A stretch of 64,000 bases of DNA, taken from positions 186,001 to 250,000 of IMG/VR virus record IMGVR_UViG_3300042879_006196. One strand, written 5' to 3'. Positions 50,192 through 58,927 of this stretch are shown one piece after another. The position numbers and the translations under genes were made by a program. Position 1 is the first letter of the stretch. Each line of letters begins with the position of its first letter. The notes under the pieces were generated by a model that was given only the letters and a program-made list of their open reading frames with translations, was not told the origin of the DNA and made no database searches.

Positions 50192-50738
50192 CGTTTATCA
50201 AATTCTGAATCTTATCAGCATACTTAAAATCACCATTATTATCAGCTATGTTAGCTATTCTTACCCAATTTTTAACATAAGCTGTGGCTGGTTTATTATT
50301 CATTTTTGCAAGCATAGCAAATCCACTTCTGATTGCTGTCTCTAATGATTGAGGATCAGTGATTTCTTCAATGCTTACACCTTCTGGTAATCTTTCCCAT
50401 TTAGTTTTTCGGGTCCTGTTATACTCTTCTTGTTGCAAAGTGTCTTGTTCAGTTGGATCACTTGACTCTGGAGAATCTTTTCTTTTTCCTTTTTTCCCTT
50501 CGCTCAATTCATCTTCAGGACCACCATACATTACCCATAAATCGTGTGCTAATTCTTCGGGATTTGTTCCAAAGTTGTTTTGTAAAAATGTTTTAAAATC
50601 AACATCCGCAAGTATTTTCCCCAAAGAATCTAGTGGTGAGTAAATAATTTTAAATGAAGGCGCAGGAGGTGCTTCAGGAGCAGGGGCTCCACCCATTGGC
50701 ATTACACCAAGATCCTGAGATAATTTTATATTTTTCAT
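50172..50738 (-). CDS. Hypothetical protein, 188 aa (Pro-rich N-terminus; C-terminal helical motif)
   Basis: ORF track; coupled overlaps on both sides. Confidence 0.75.
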   Translation of the reverse strand: MKNIKLSQDLGVMPMGGAPAPEAPPAPSFKIIYSPLDSLGKILADVDFKTFLQNNFGTNPEELAHDLWVMYGGPEDELSEGKKGKRKDSPESSDPTEQDTLQQEEYNRTRKTKWERLPEGVSIEEITDPQSLETAIRSGFAMLAKMNNKPATAYVKNWVRIANIADNNGDFKYADKIQNLINDVIHLF

Positions 50739-51145
50739 TTCACATTAAAATCTGATCTGTGTTGTGGATTTCCTTCTGCTCTCATAACATCGGTGGGATG
50801 ATAAAATGGATAGGTGTCAGAAAAAACATCTCCATCAAATTTTTTTTCTGTCATTTTGTTTAAAAAATCACCAATCTCATCTGTATTTCTAATCTCAAAA
50901 GGCTTTTGTTCACCTTCGCTTTCTGAAAAATCTTGAAATATTTTTGGCAAAGTTGCTTGAGATTCTCTATACATTCCTTTACTTAAATCATTAATTTTTG
51001 ATAAAACTAAAGAAGTAACATTTCCTGCAAGTCTAGTATTAGAAATTTCGTTTTTTACATCTGCAACAATCAAAGATTTTTCTCTGAGTGAGAGATTATT
51101 TAGTGTAACAGATTCAACAATATCTAAAATTTGGTTTTCATGCAT
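50735..51145 (-). CDS. Hypothetical protein, 136 aa
   Basis: ORF track; ATGA overlap with the next gene. Confidence 0.7.
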   Translation of the reverse strand: MHENQILDIVESVTLNNLSLREKSLIVADVKNEISNTRLAGNVTSLVLSKINDLSKGMYRESQATLPKIFQDFSESEGEQKPFEIRNTDEIGDFLNKMTEKKFDGDVFSDTYPFYHPTDVMRAEGNPQHRSDFNVK

Positions 51146-51169
51146 ATTTAATTTTTAGTAAAATTGCAT

Positions 51170-52333
51170 TTAATAACCTTCTTTTATTTGATAACTTACA
51201 TTAACATTATATAGGATTGAGTTAGGAAACCAATTAGACACACCAATACCTAAAATAAATGTATCAGATTTTTTAGATGAATCTGAGATTGTGTTTAATT
51301 GAAGAATTAAACTTGAATTATCATAATTATCTTTGAAGAGAGGTGTGTATTTAGTTGGGTCGTTTTGAATTGGGTTTGTAAACTTTGTCAATTTTAACGC
51401 CTTTGTAAATGAATCACTTGTATACCCATATTCAAAAGGCACATAGTAAACGGCTGTGTTATACGTAAGTGAGTTTGAATTATCTAAATTTATTTTTATA
51501 TTAAACGTTTGTCCTGGAAAATTATTTACAATGTTTCCTCTTGATAATATTACGCTGTTTGTGATTGCTTGAATCACATACACCCCAGAATATGTATCGT
51601 CGTAATTAACATTGTTTATTAATATTGTTTTGCCTTTTGATGGGATAATTCCATTAAAACTACTTATAGAAATATTTGTGCCATTGAATCCAGATGCATT
51701 GATAGTAAAATAATAATCAATATCATTAAAAAAAACATTGTTTGGTAATTCATACCATCTAAAATTATTTGGAATCGTCGCTCCTATTGATTGTGGCACT
51801 GCCAAAAAGTATTTTGAATGCGTGTTATCTTCAAAACTTACGTATACAAAATTTTGCACTCCAGATGATGGTAGTGTGTAATTTAAGCTAGTTCCAAAGT
51901 AACTTGTCGTTAGCCCAGTTGGAAATGTTGAAGTTTTTGTATAGATATTGCCAGGATCATTAAAATTTTTAATATATTTGTCTCCAGCAATAAACGTGTC
52001 AGCATATATAGTTTGACCAGCACCTAGCTCATAGCTTTTTATTTTACAAAGCTCAACAATTGTTGGTTTGCTCAAGTTTGCAGATAAACCCTTAAAATTA
52101 TATTCATTCAGATCAAAATTTGAAAAAGAAAAATTATTGCTAGATGAGTTGCTTATTAAATTACCATATTTTTCAAAACTAACACCAATGGTTTTGGCTG
52201 TAAAATTTACAGTGGTAAAATACATTGGGTCAGAGGTGCTTATTCCTTCACGTTGCGTAGAATAAAAAATTAAATTATCATCTTGATAAGATGAGTTTGT
52301 GTTTGCATTTTTAAGAAGAATTCCATACGACAT
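51170..52333 (-). CDS. Putative virion structural protein, 387 aa
   Basis: S/T/N/Y-rich like the giant virion ORFs; contains a KTILINN..YSGVYVI motif copy. Confidence 0.6.
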   Translation of the reverse strand: MSYGILLKNANTNSSYQDDNLIFYSTQREGISTSDPMYFTTVNFTAKTIGVSFEKYGNLISNSSSNNFSFSNFDLNEYNFKGLSANLSKPTIVELCKIKSYELGAGQTIYADTFIAGDKYIKNFNDPGNIYTKTSTFPTGLTTSYFGTSLNYTLPSSGVQNFVYVSFEDNTHSKYFLAVPQSIGATIPNNFRWYELPNNVFFNDIDYYFTINASGFNGTNISISSFNGIIPSKGKTILINNVNYDDTYSGVYVIQAITNSVILSRGNIVNNFPGQTFNIKINLDNSNSLTYNTAVYYVPFEYGYTSDSFTKALKLTKFTNPIQNDPTKYTPLFKDNYDNSSLILQLNTISDSSKKSDTFILGIGVSNWFPNSILYNVNVSYQIKEGY

Positions 52334-53611
52334 TTATTGTATCACCGCTTGATCTTGCACTGCAAGCATGTTAGTATTATATGAAAGACTCAAAGATAAC
52401 CCCTCTACTACATTTTCAGTCCACGTAGGAGGTTTTATTGCCATACTGAAAATATCTGAATTTCTCAAATAATTATTGTTAACTAATCTGGTATAAATGG
52501 TTACGCCAAGAACAGTATCTGAAGCCGCTCCTACTTGTCTAGCCCACAAAGATGGTGTATTTGTTACTGAGCTAATGTTCAACGTTAAAAAATTAAAAAA
52601 TACAGACGAATATAAATAATTTGATGACGTTACTGTTGCAGGGTTAACATACCAAATGACGTTTGATGATAAAGTTGTTAAATCATATCCCACTTCAAAG
52701 AATTGATGTATAAAAACATAATCTGGATATATTGGCTGTATATAAACAAAGCCATTAACAATTTTAGTGATCAAATATAGTCCTGATGTTTTCCCCCCTA
52801 AAGATCCTGCGCCATCTGTTAAGACGTTTACTGCTACTACTTGATTTAGCTCTAAACTAACACTCGAAAATAAACTTGCATTTAATTTATTTTCAGAAAG
52901 TTCACTACTTAGTGTGATGCCATAATCTGCAGAGGTTAGTTTTAAATTTGCAGTTTGAGACACCCAAAAATATCCACTTGTGTTATACAATCCGTAAAAT
53001 GAATCCCCGTATTGGTCACTGACTTTAACTCTTGTAAAAATATATGATTGGTTTTGAGTTAACAATGAATTTACGCTTGCTGTGTCGCTTGAATCATCAT
53101 ATACTGTTAAATTTATACCAGTTATAGTTGTAACTCTGTATATTTTATTTTCTGAGTTAGTGGTTTGATTTTTTAGCAAAATTAAATCATTTAAATTTAA
53201 TGTGTTTGACAATACAGAAGTATAACTGGCAATTTGATAATAGTTACTGCCTATTGCAGTAAGTGTTACGTTCGTACTTTTATCTGTAGCTGAAACCAAA
53301 GGAAAAAAACATACTGTTGGGCTATTATAATTTAAAAACCTATAATCAAAGCCTCTGTCAAACCCATTCAAAGAATAATATGTGGAATTTCTGATAGAAG
53401 AAACATTTTTGTCATCAAATGACATCGAAAGTTCTAATGCATTTTGATTAGTTATAGTGAACAGAAATTGTTTATTCTGAAGATTCATGTATGTGTTATT
53501 ATCGCCATTATCAGAAATAGATAATAGCGATAATTTCGGCTCAATGACCGCATTATTTGCCACTTGATATAATCTCACATCTTGTGGCAAAGGTATATCG
53601 TTGTAGTTCAT
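52334..53611 (-). CDS. Putative virion structural protein, 425 aa
   Basis: Contains LNDLILLKNQTTNSENKIYRV and a second degenerate copy of this phage-tail motif. Confidence 0.6.
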   Translation of the reverse strand: MNYNDIPLPQDVRLYQVANNAVIEPKLSLLSISDNGDNNTYMNLQNKQFLFTITNQNALELSMSFDDKNVSSIRNSTYYSLNGFDRGFDYRFLNYNSPTVCFFPLVSATDKSTNVTLTAIGSNYYQIASYTSVLSNTLNLNDLILLKNQTTNSENKIYRVTTITGINLTVYDDSSDTASVNSLLTQNQSYIFTRVKVSDQYGDSFYGLYNTSGYFWVSQTANLKLTSADYGITLSSELSENKLNASLFSSVSLELNQVVAVNVLTDGAGSLGGKTSGLYLITKIVNGFVYIQPIYPDYVFIHQFFEVGYDLTTLSSNVIWYVNPATVTSSNYLYSSVFFNFLTLNISSVTNTPSLWARQVGAASDTVLGVTIYTRLVNNNYLRNSDIFSMAIKPPTWTENVVEGLSLSLSYNTNMLAVQDQAVIQ

Positions 53612-54966
53612 TTTCTTAATTTAAAAATGCTTGAAGCTGCAGCTGACAAAATAGATCTTTCCACTTTGTTCATTGTAATTGCTGCGGCAACTTCATGAGT
53701 TTTACTACCATTGATTGCATGAGCTAATCCACAAGAATTTTTATCAAGATACGGATTTTCTATTTGTGACATATCTCCTAATAATATAACTTTAGAATTT
53801 TTCCCACATCTTTCAACAACCATTCTTGCTTCTTTAGGGCTTACATTTTCTGCTTCATCTAAGATGATAAAACTATTTGGAATAGATCTTCCTTGAATAA
53901 AAGCCATTGCCTCCACTTCTATGATTCCTTCTTCAACCATATCTTCAAAGCTATTTCCTCCAAATTTTCCATCATACCCTTTAAAAGCTGTTAACTGTAC
54001 AATGTTGTCTTTGATTGGACCCAGCCAAGCACTTACTTTTTCTAATTTAGAACCTGGCAAAAATCCAATTTCTTTGCCACCTACGGCAACCATTGGTTTC
54101 ATAACAATTATTCTATCATATTGTCCAAGATTTACTTTTTCTAGCCCCACTGCAATAGCCATTAAAGTTTTTCCGCTACCTGCTGGTCCACTTAAGCACA
54201 CAAGAGGTATATTATCATTTGCCAACGCCTCAAGAGCAAATCTTTGCTCCATGTTCTTTGCAGTAATTCCCATGTAAGATTCTTTTTTCTTTTTGTCATC
54301 CATGAACTTAATTTCTCTTTCGTAAAACCAAGCTAACACAGACTGATTTCCAAATCTAAAACAAATAAATTCATTAGGATTTAAATTTTCTAATTGATCT
54401 TGGCAGACTAAATTTGAAATTTTGCATTCTTCTCTTTTTGACAAATATTCCCAATCTGACAATTCATTTATAGAAACAATTCTATAACCCTCAAAAAAGT
54501 TTTTCTCTGATAACAAATCACTTTTGTAATTTTCAGCAACGCAACCCCAAGATATCGCCCTTACTCTTAATCCAGTGTCTTTGGAAACCACTACTACTTT
54601 TCTTTTTGGATTTGCGGCTTTTAATGAAATTGCCGAGTCAATAATTGCATTATCAGAGTTCACTCTAGTAATAGATGGTTTTTCATTTCTCATTAAAGGT
54701 GCTTCATTGTTATAAATAAAAAGTTTGCCACCTTTTTCATTTATCACCACTCCTTTAGTCATTTGTTGAATATCATATTGATCTAAATTTCTAAAAACTT
54801 CTCTAGCCGCCCATCCTGCGGTTTCTTTTCTTGTTTTAATTTCATCTAAATCATCAATGCAAGCCAGAGGAATGTAAATATCATTTTCTTCAAATTTGTA
54901 AATACAATCTGGATCGTGCAATAATACGCATGTGTCAATTACGAAGATGTGTTTGGGTTTTGCCAT
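53608..54966 (-). CDS. phoH: PIN-PhoH (PhoH2/YlaK-like) protein, 452 aa
   Basis: N-terminal PIN (VIDTCVLLHD, NSDNAII, VSKDTGLR); PhoH ATPase GPAGSGKT, IGFLPG, QGRSI, ILDEAEN, LLGDMSQI; SD-like GAAGG upstream. Confidence 0.9.
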   Translation of the reverse strand: MAKPKHIFVIDTCVLLHDPDCIYKFEENDIYIPLACIDDLDEIKTRKETAGWAAREVFRNLDQYDIQQMTKGVVINEKGGKLFIYNNEAPLMRNEKPSITRVNSDNAIIDSAISLKAANPKRKVVVVSKDTGLRVRAISWGCVAENYKSDLLSEKNFFEGYRIVSINELSDWEYLSKREECKISNLVCQDQLENLNPNEFICFRFGNQSVLAWFYEREIKFMDDKKKKESYMGITAKNMEQRFALEALANDNIPLVCLSGPAGSGKTLMAIAVGLEKVNLGQYDRIIVMKPMVAVGGKEIGFLPGSKLEKVSAWLGPIKDNIVQLTAFKGYDGKFGGNSFEDMVEEGIIEVEAMAFIQGRSIPNSFIILDEAENVSPKEARMVVERCGKNSKVILLGDMSQIENPYLDKNSCGLAHAINGSKTHEVAAAITMNKVERSILSAAASSIFKLRK

Positions 54967-54997
54967 ATTTTTTACCTTCTGTTATAATTTGAGAAAT

Positions 54998-55006
54998 GAG
55001 TGCTAA
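54998..55006 (-). promoter_or_regulatory. Single CIRCE-like half-site TTAGCACTC upstream of phoH
   Basis: 9/9 match to one CIRCE arm; the partner arm is absent at the N9 spacing. Confidence 0.2.
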
Positions 55007-55013
55007 CCCTCCT

Positions 55014-55859
55014 TTAAAGTTTATCAAGGAAATCAGCTGCATTTTCATCGAATTTTGTTGAAAATAACTTTAAATTTTGCAAGTATTCCAATACTTTTCT
55101 GTCTTTATCGATAGCTTCATTAACTTTTTTTGTTTTTAAAACATTATTATTTTTTGAGACAAAAGTATCATTCAATATAGACTGTATATCACTTTTGATG
55201 TTTTCTTTGTTCTCAAAGTACTTAGAAATGTCAGACGCTCTTGAAGATTCGATTAATATTTTATCATTAAATGTAAGCATAATTGAATTATCATAAGCTA
55301 CATTGGTGGTTGCCAAAGTCTTTGAAGGAACAAATAAACACACTAAAACAGAAAGTGAATCATCAGAGTACAGGTTGTGTGAAAGCTCTGCGAGTTCTTC
55401 TGACAAATTTATAACGTTCAAACATAATTCTAAGTTTGTGTCAAGTATTTTGAAGATCCATTCATAAACATCTTCTGAAGTTGTTGGTTTGTATAAGGGC
55501 TTTAAGTTCAAATCCGTTTTCCAGTCAGAAATTAAATCAAAAAGTTGGTTTCCTAGTTTAGAAGCTAGAGAATTTTTATCAAACCAATTAAAATTATTAT
55601 CATTAATACCTAAAGAGACATTGGTTTCTTTTGAGTTATCTTCAATCAGTTTTTGTTTGCTTTTCATTAAAAACTTAAAGTCTTCATCTTTTCCGCCATA
55701 GTCTGGATGATATTTACGAGCTAATTTTCTGAAGTTTGCTTCCACCAACTTACACAATTCTTGTTTATTTACATTGTCATTTTTAATTGGAATGTCATTT
55801 TTTTCTATCTCCAAAAAATCTAAATATAGTTGATTATCAATGTAAAATTTTTCAATCAT
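55014..55859 (-). CDS. Class C J-domain protein with novel C-terminal domain, 281 aa
   Basis: NFRKLARKYHPDYGGKDEDFKFL matches J-domain helices II-III with HPD. Confidence 0.8.
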   Translation of the reverse strand: MIEKFYIDNQLYLDFLEIEKNDIPIKNDNVNKQELCKLVEANFRKLARKYHPDYGGKDEDFKFLMKSKQKLIEDNSKETNVSLGINDNNFNWFDKNSLASKLGNQLFDLISDWKTDLNLKPLYKPTTSEDVYEWIFKILDTNLELCLNVINLSEELAELSHNLYSDDSLSVLVCLFVPSKTLATTNVAYDNSIMLTFNDKILIESSRASDISKYFENKENIKSDIQSILNDTFVSKNNNVLKTKKVNEAIDKDRKVLEYLQNLKLFSTKFDENAADFLDKL

Positions 55860-56430
55860 CTATAAATTGTACAGTTAAGCTTGAAAAATCTATAGTTAAT
55901 TTAGTTTCATTCAAATCGAAGTAATTGAATTTATTTTTAATTAAGGTTTTTGACATTTTTTCAGCAAGATGAGGGTTTTTAAAATTCTTGAAAGATAATG
56001 ATCTCAATTTTTTGTTGTCTAATTTATCTTCATTTTTTGTTAAAAGTAAATATTTAAAAAGATTGTTTTCAAAATCTCTAAAATCATTTTTAAATGAAAT
56101 CATTTCATTCAAAGAGAATTGATCATACAAATTGAATATAAATTCTTCAATTTTAATTTTTTTCTTTAAACCCAAGCATTGAAGCTGTATTTTTGAAAAA
56201 AAATCAATAGGTTCGCCATAAATTTGATGAAGAATTTCATTTTCAATCAGAAAAACACGAACTGGTTTATTTTTGATAAATTCAACCACCAATAAATCGC
56301 CCGATTTTACTTCATTTATAATCAAAGATAAAGGAGGTAAATTATTTGTAAATATAGTTTCTATCACTGTTGAAAAAGGATAGCTAATTTTCTTATAAGT
56401 TTTATTAATCAAACATTTGAATTCATGCAC
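55852..56430 (-). CDS. Hypothetical protein, 192 aa
   Basis: ORF track; coupled overlaps. Confidence 0.7.
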   Translation of the reverse strand: MHEFKCLINKTYKKISYPFSTVIETIFTNNLPPLSLIINEVKSGDLLVVEFIKNKPVRVFLIENEILHQIYGEPIDFFSKIQLQCLGLKKKIKIEEFIFNLYDQFSLNEMISFKNDFRDFENNLFKYLLLTKNEDKLDNKKLRSLSFKNFKNPHLAEKMSKTLIKNKFNYFDLNETKLTIDFSSLTVQFIDD

Positions 56431-56959
56431 TGATAATATTATTCACTATGTTATCGTCATATTCATTCAAGTACGAACTAGATTTACTCCATTTATACTT
56501 CCAAACTTGATTTAATTTATGACAAATTACTTTTGTTGTAATACATGACATATCATCTAAATGTGCAGCATTTGATTTCAAGAAATTTTTTCTTTCAATG
56601 CTCCTCAGATTTAAGTTGAAAAGTTTTTTGAACTTGTTTGGAAGATAATCAAAAAAGTCATCATTTTTATCAAAACACAATCTGCACAAATCAAACACAA
56701 TCTCATATTCTATGTCTTCTAAAAAAGAATCTAAAAAATTTTCTTCAATTATTTCAAAGTATTTTTTATCCATTTCAACAAAATGAAATTCATCCTTTGT
56801 TAAAAAATTTTTCACTTTAGACAATTTCAATCTAGTGTTTTTTTTAATAATAAATCTGGGTATACCAAAAAGATTTTTTTGTTTTGCTACACATGAAGCA
56901 ATGAAATTTTCTGCTTCATGTTCATTCAATTCCTCTAAAATAACATTTAATTTATTCAA
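56423..56959 (-). CDS. Hypothetical protein, 178 aa
   Basis: ORF track; coupled overlaps. Confidence 0.7.
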   Translation of the reverse strand: MNKLNVILEELNEHEAENFIASCVAKQKNLFGIPRFIIKKNTRLKLSKVKNFLTKDEFHFVEMDKKYFEIIEENFLDSFLEDIEYEIVFDLCRLCFDKNDDFFDYLPNKFKKLFNLNLRSIERKNFLKSNAAHLDDMSCITTKVICHKLNQVWKYKWSKSSSYLNEYDDNIVNNIISA

Positions 56960-57189
56960 TTTATTTTTAATTCATCCACTGCTTGTTGAACGAATGGTGT
57001 TACCAAGCCATAATCGTCGTGAATTCGCACATGATTTAGCCTTCCGTGTTTTTCTTTTAAAATTTCTATCACTCTGTTGATAAAAAAAGTTAACTGTCTT
57101 GCCGAAGGAAACTCTTCTTTTATTGAAAGGTATTTCCTTTGGATAAGTTTTGATGCTATATATCTTATCAACTTTTCTTCAAAATTCAT
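56956..57189 (-). CDS. Hypothetical protein (~77 aa; weak GntR-like FPSARQL segment)
   Basis: ATG at 57189 overlaps the upstream TGA (ATGA), so it is preferred to 57207; the GntR recognition helix is not evident. Confidence 0.6.
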   Translation of the reverse strand: MNFEEKLIRYIASKLIQRKYLSIKEEFPSARQLTFFINRVIEILKEKHGRLNHVRIHDDYGLVTPFVQQAVDELKIN

Positions 57190-57389
57190 TTTACCATTCT
57201 TACCCAAGCTACATTTTGAGATGGGACATTTAATAAGGTGATTTTAAAATTCGCATCTTCAAAGATTGTGTGGTGATCTTTTGTGATCATTAAAAAACCT
57301 TTGATTGATGGCAGCATTTTGTTTGGATTGTAAATTTCAATAATCCATTCACCGTATCCTCTATTTAAAGGTATCATTTCGTTTCCCAC
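57186..57389 (-). CDS. Hypothetical small beta-rich protein, 67 aa
   Basis: First gene of the minus-strand run after the divergent gap 57390-57451. Confidence 0.6.
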   Translation of the reverse strand: MGNEMIPLNRGYGEWIIEIYNPNKMLPSIKGFLMITKDHHTIFEDANFKITLLNVPSQNVAWVRMVK

Positions 57390-57451
57390 AAATTAATATT
57401 TAAGCTAATAAAAGTTTAATGCCTTGCGTATATTGAAATAAGAAACAAATT

Positions 57452-58891
57452 ATGAGAAAAAAAGACTCTAAAACTGAAAATTGTACTATTTGTGCAGCTC
57501 CTGTAGATCCATCCAACGCATTTGTGTTTTATTTTAACAATCAAGAACACTTTTTCTGTGAATCTCATGAAAGACCATTCAAAATGGGCATTGATATTGG
57601 TCAAATAGAAATGAACTCAAAGTTTATATCTTTTATCTCTGATTTACCAGACCCTACCCCTAAAAATGAATTAAAATCTGCATTAAGGCAATTCATTCCT
57701 ATGACAAAAATGCAAGATCCAGAATTCAAGGAAAAAGAAAATTTTATATTATCTACAAAAATTTCTAGCCCCAAACAACTGTTCGATGAAATAGGTAAAA
57801 CAGTAATTGGTCAAGATGAGGCTAGAAAAACTATTTCAGTTTCTGTAATCAACCATTTACAATTGCTAAACCAAGATGTGGAGCAAGTTACACAATCTGA
57901 CAAGCATCATGTTTTAATGCTTGGCAAGTCAGGTTCAGGTAAAACTTTAATTGCAAATACTGTTGCAAATCTTTTCAATTTACCATTTGCCGTAGGAGAT
58001 GCTACAAATTACTCCCCTACTGGTTTTCAAGGATCTGATGCAGAGTCTATCATACATGATCTTTTGTTTAAAGCAGATATGAATTTTGATTTAGCCGAGA
58101 GAGGGATTGCATTTATTGATGAAATTGACAAAATTTGTAGTTCAAATAAATCTTCTGGAAGGTATGAATCTTTTATTGGATCAACACAATCCACTCTATT
58201 GAAACTAGTAGAAGGCAAAACTATTAAAGTACCAAGCACAGTCTTGGGTGATGGACCTGGAGCGCCATATGACTGCAGCTCGGAAAGAGTGTTGTTCTTC
58301 TTAGGTGGCGCCTTTAATGGCTTATCAGAAATTCTTGCCAAAAAGATGGGAATGAAAGAAAGGTCTGTTGGATTTATCAAAACACATGATGAAAAAAGTA
58401 AAGATATTGATGAAGCAATGAAGTCATATGAAATTTTTTCACAAGCTTCGCGTGAGGATATGGTAGAGTCTTTAATTGAATTTGGAATGCTTTCCGAACT
58501 AGTAGGAAGAATTCCATCGATAGTTGCTCTTAAGCCCTTGAGCAAAGAAGATTTAACAAAAGTTTTAGTTGAGTCCACTGTATCTCCGTTAGAAAAACAA
58601 AAGTATATTTTTGAAAAATCTGGTTATAAATTGGAATTCACTGAAGAATTCATCAAAGCAACTGTAGAAAAATCTTACAAATCAGCTGTTGGCACCAGGG
58701 CTCTTGATTCATATGTCAAAAAAGCTGTTAGCGCCGCTAGTTTTGATTTATTGTCTTTGATTAATGTGTCTGGGTCAAAAGGCACAGTACTTATCACAGA
58801 TGAGTGTTTAACAAACCCTGCCGCTTATCAAACTAGTAAAATTCTTGTTGCCAGCAGTCCTGTGTCTTTTCAAAATTCATTAACCATCTAA
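57452..58891 (+). CDS. clpX: ClpX-family AAA+ unfoldase, 479 aa
   Basis: VIGQDEARKTISVSVINH, Walker A GKSGSGKT, DAT..S.TGFQGSDAE, Walker B IAFIDEIDKI, QSTLLKLVEG, GGAFNGL, FGMLSELVGRIP, GTRAL; N-terminal Zn finger. Confidence 0.9.
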   Translation: MRKKDSKTENCTICAAPVDPSNAFVFYFNNQEHFFCESHERPFKMGIDIGQIEMNSKFISFISDLPDPTPKNELKSALRQFIPMTKMQDPEFKEKENFILSTKISSPKQLFDEIGKTVIGQDEARKTISVSVINHLQLLNQDVEQVTQSDKHHVLMLGKSGSGKTLIANTVANLFNLPFAVGDATNYSPTGFQGSDAESIIHDLLFKADMNFDLAERGIAFIDEIDKICSSNKSSGRYESFIGSTQSTLLKLVEGKTIKVPSTVLGDGPGAPYDCSSERVLFFLGGAFNGLSEILAKKMGMKERSVGFIKTHDEKSKDIDEAMKSYEIFSQASREDMVESLIEFGMLSELVGRIPSIVALKPLSKEDLTKVLVESTVSPLEKQKYIFEKSGYKLEFTEEFIKATVEKSYKSAVGTRALDSYVKKAVSAASFDLLSLINVSGSKGTVLITDECLTNPAAYQTSKILVASSPVSFQNSLTI

Positions 58892-58927
58892 AAGGATGTT
58901 GAGTTTATTGACTATAATATATAATTA

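Noticed and set aside
57186-57389. Sm/Hfq-like fold for the 67-aa ORF
   Set aside because: Only a vague beta pattern; Sm1/Sm2 signatures are not convincing by eye.
58027-58578. 183-aa antisense ORF inside clpX
   Set aside because: Fully nested in-register antisense shadow with no recognisable domain or start signals.
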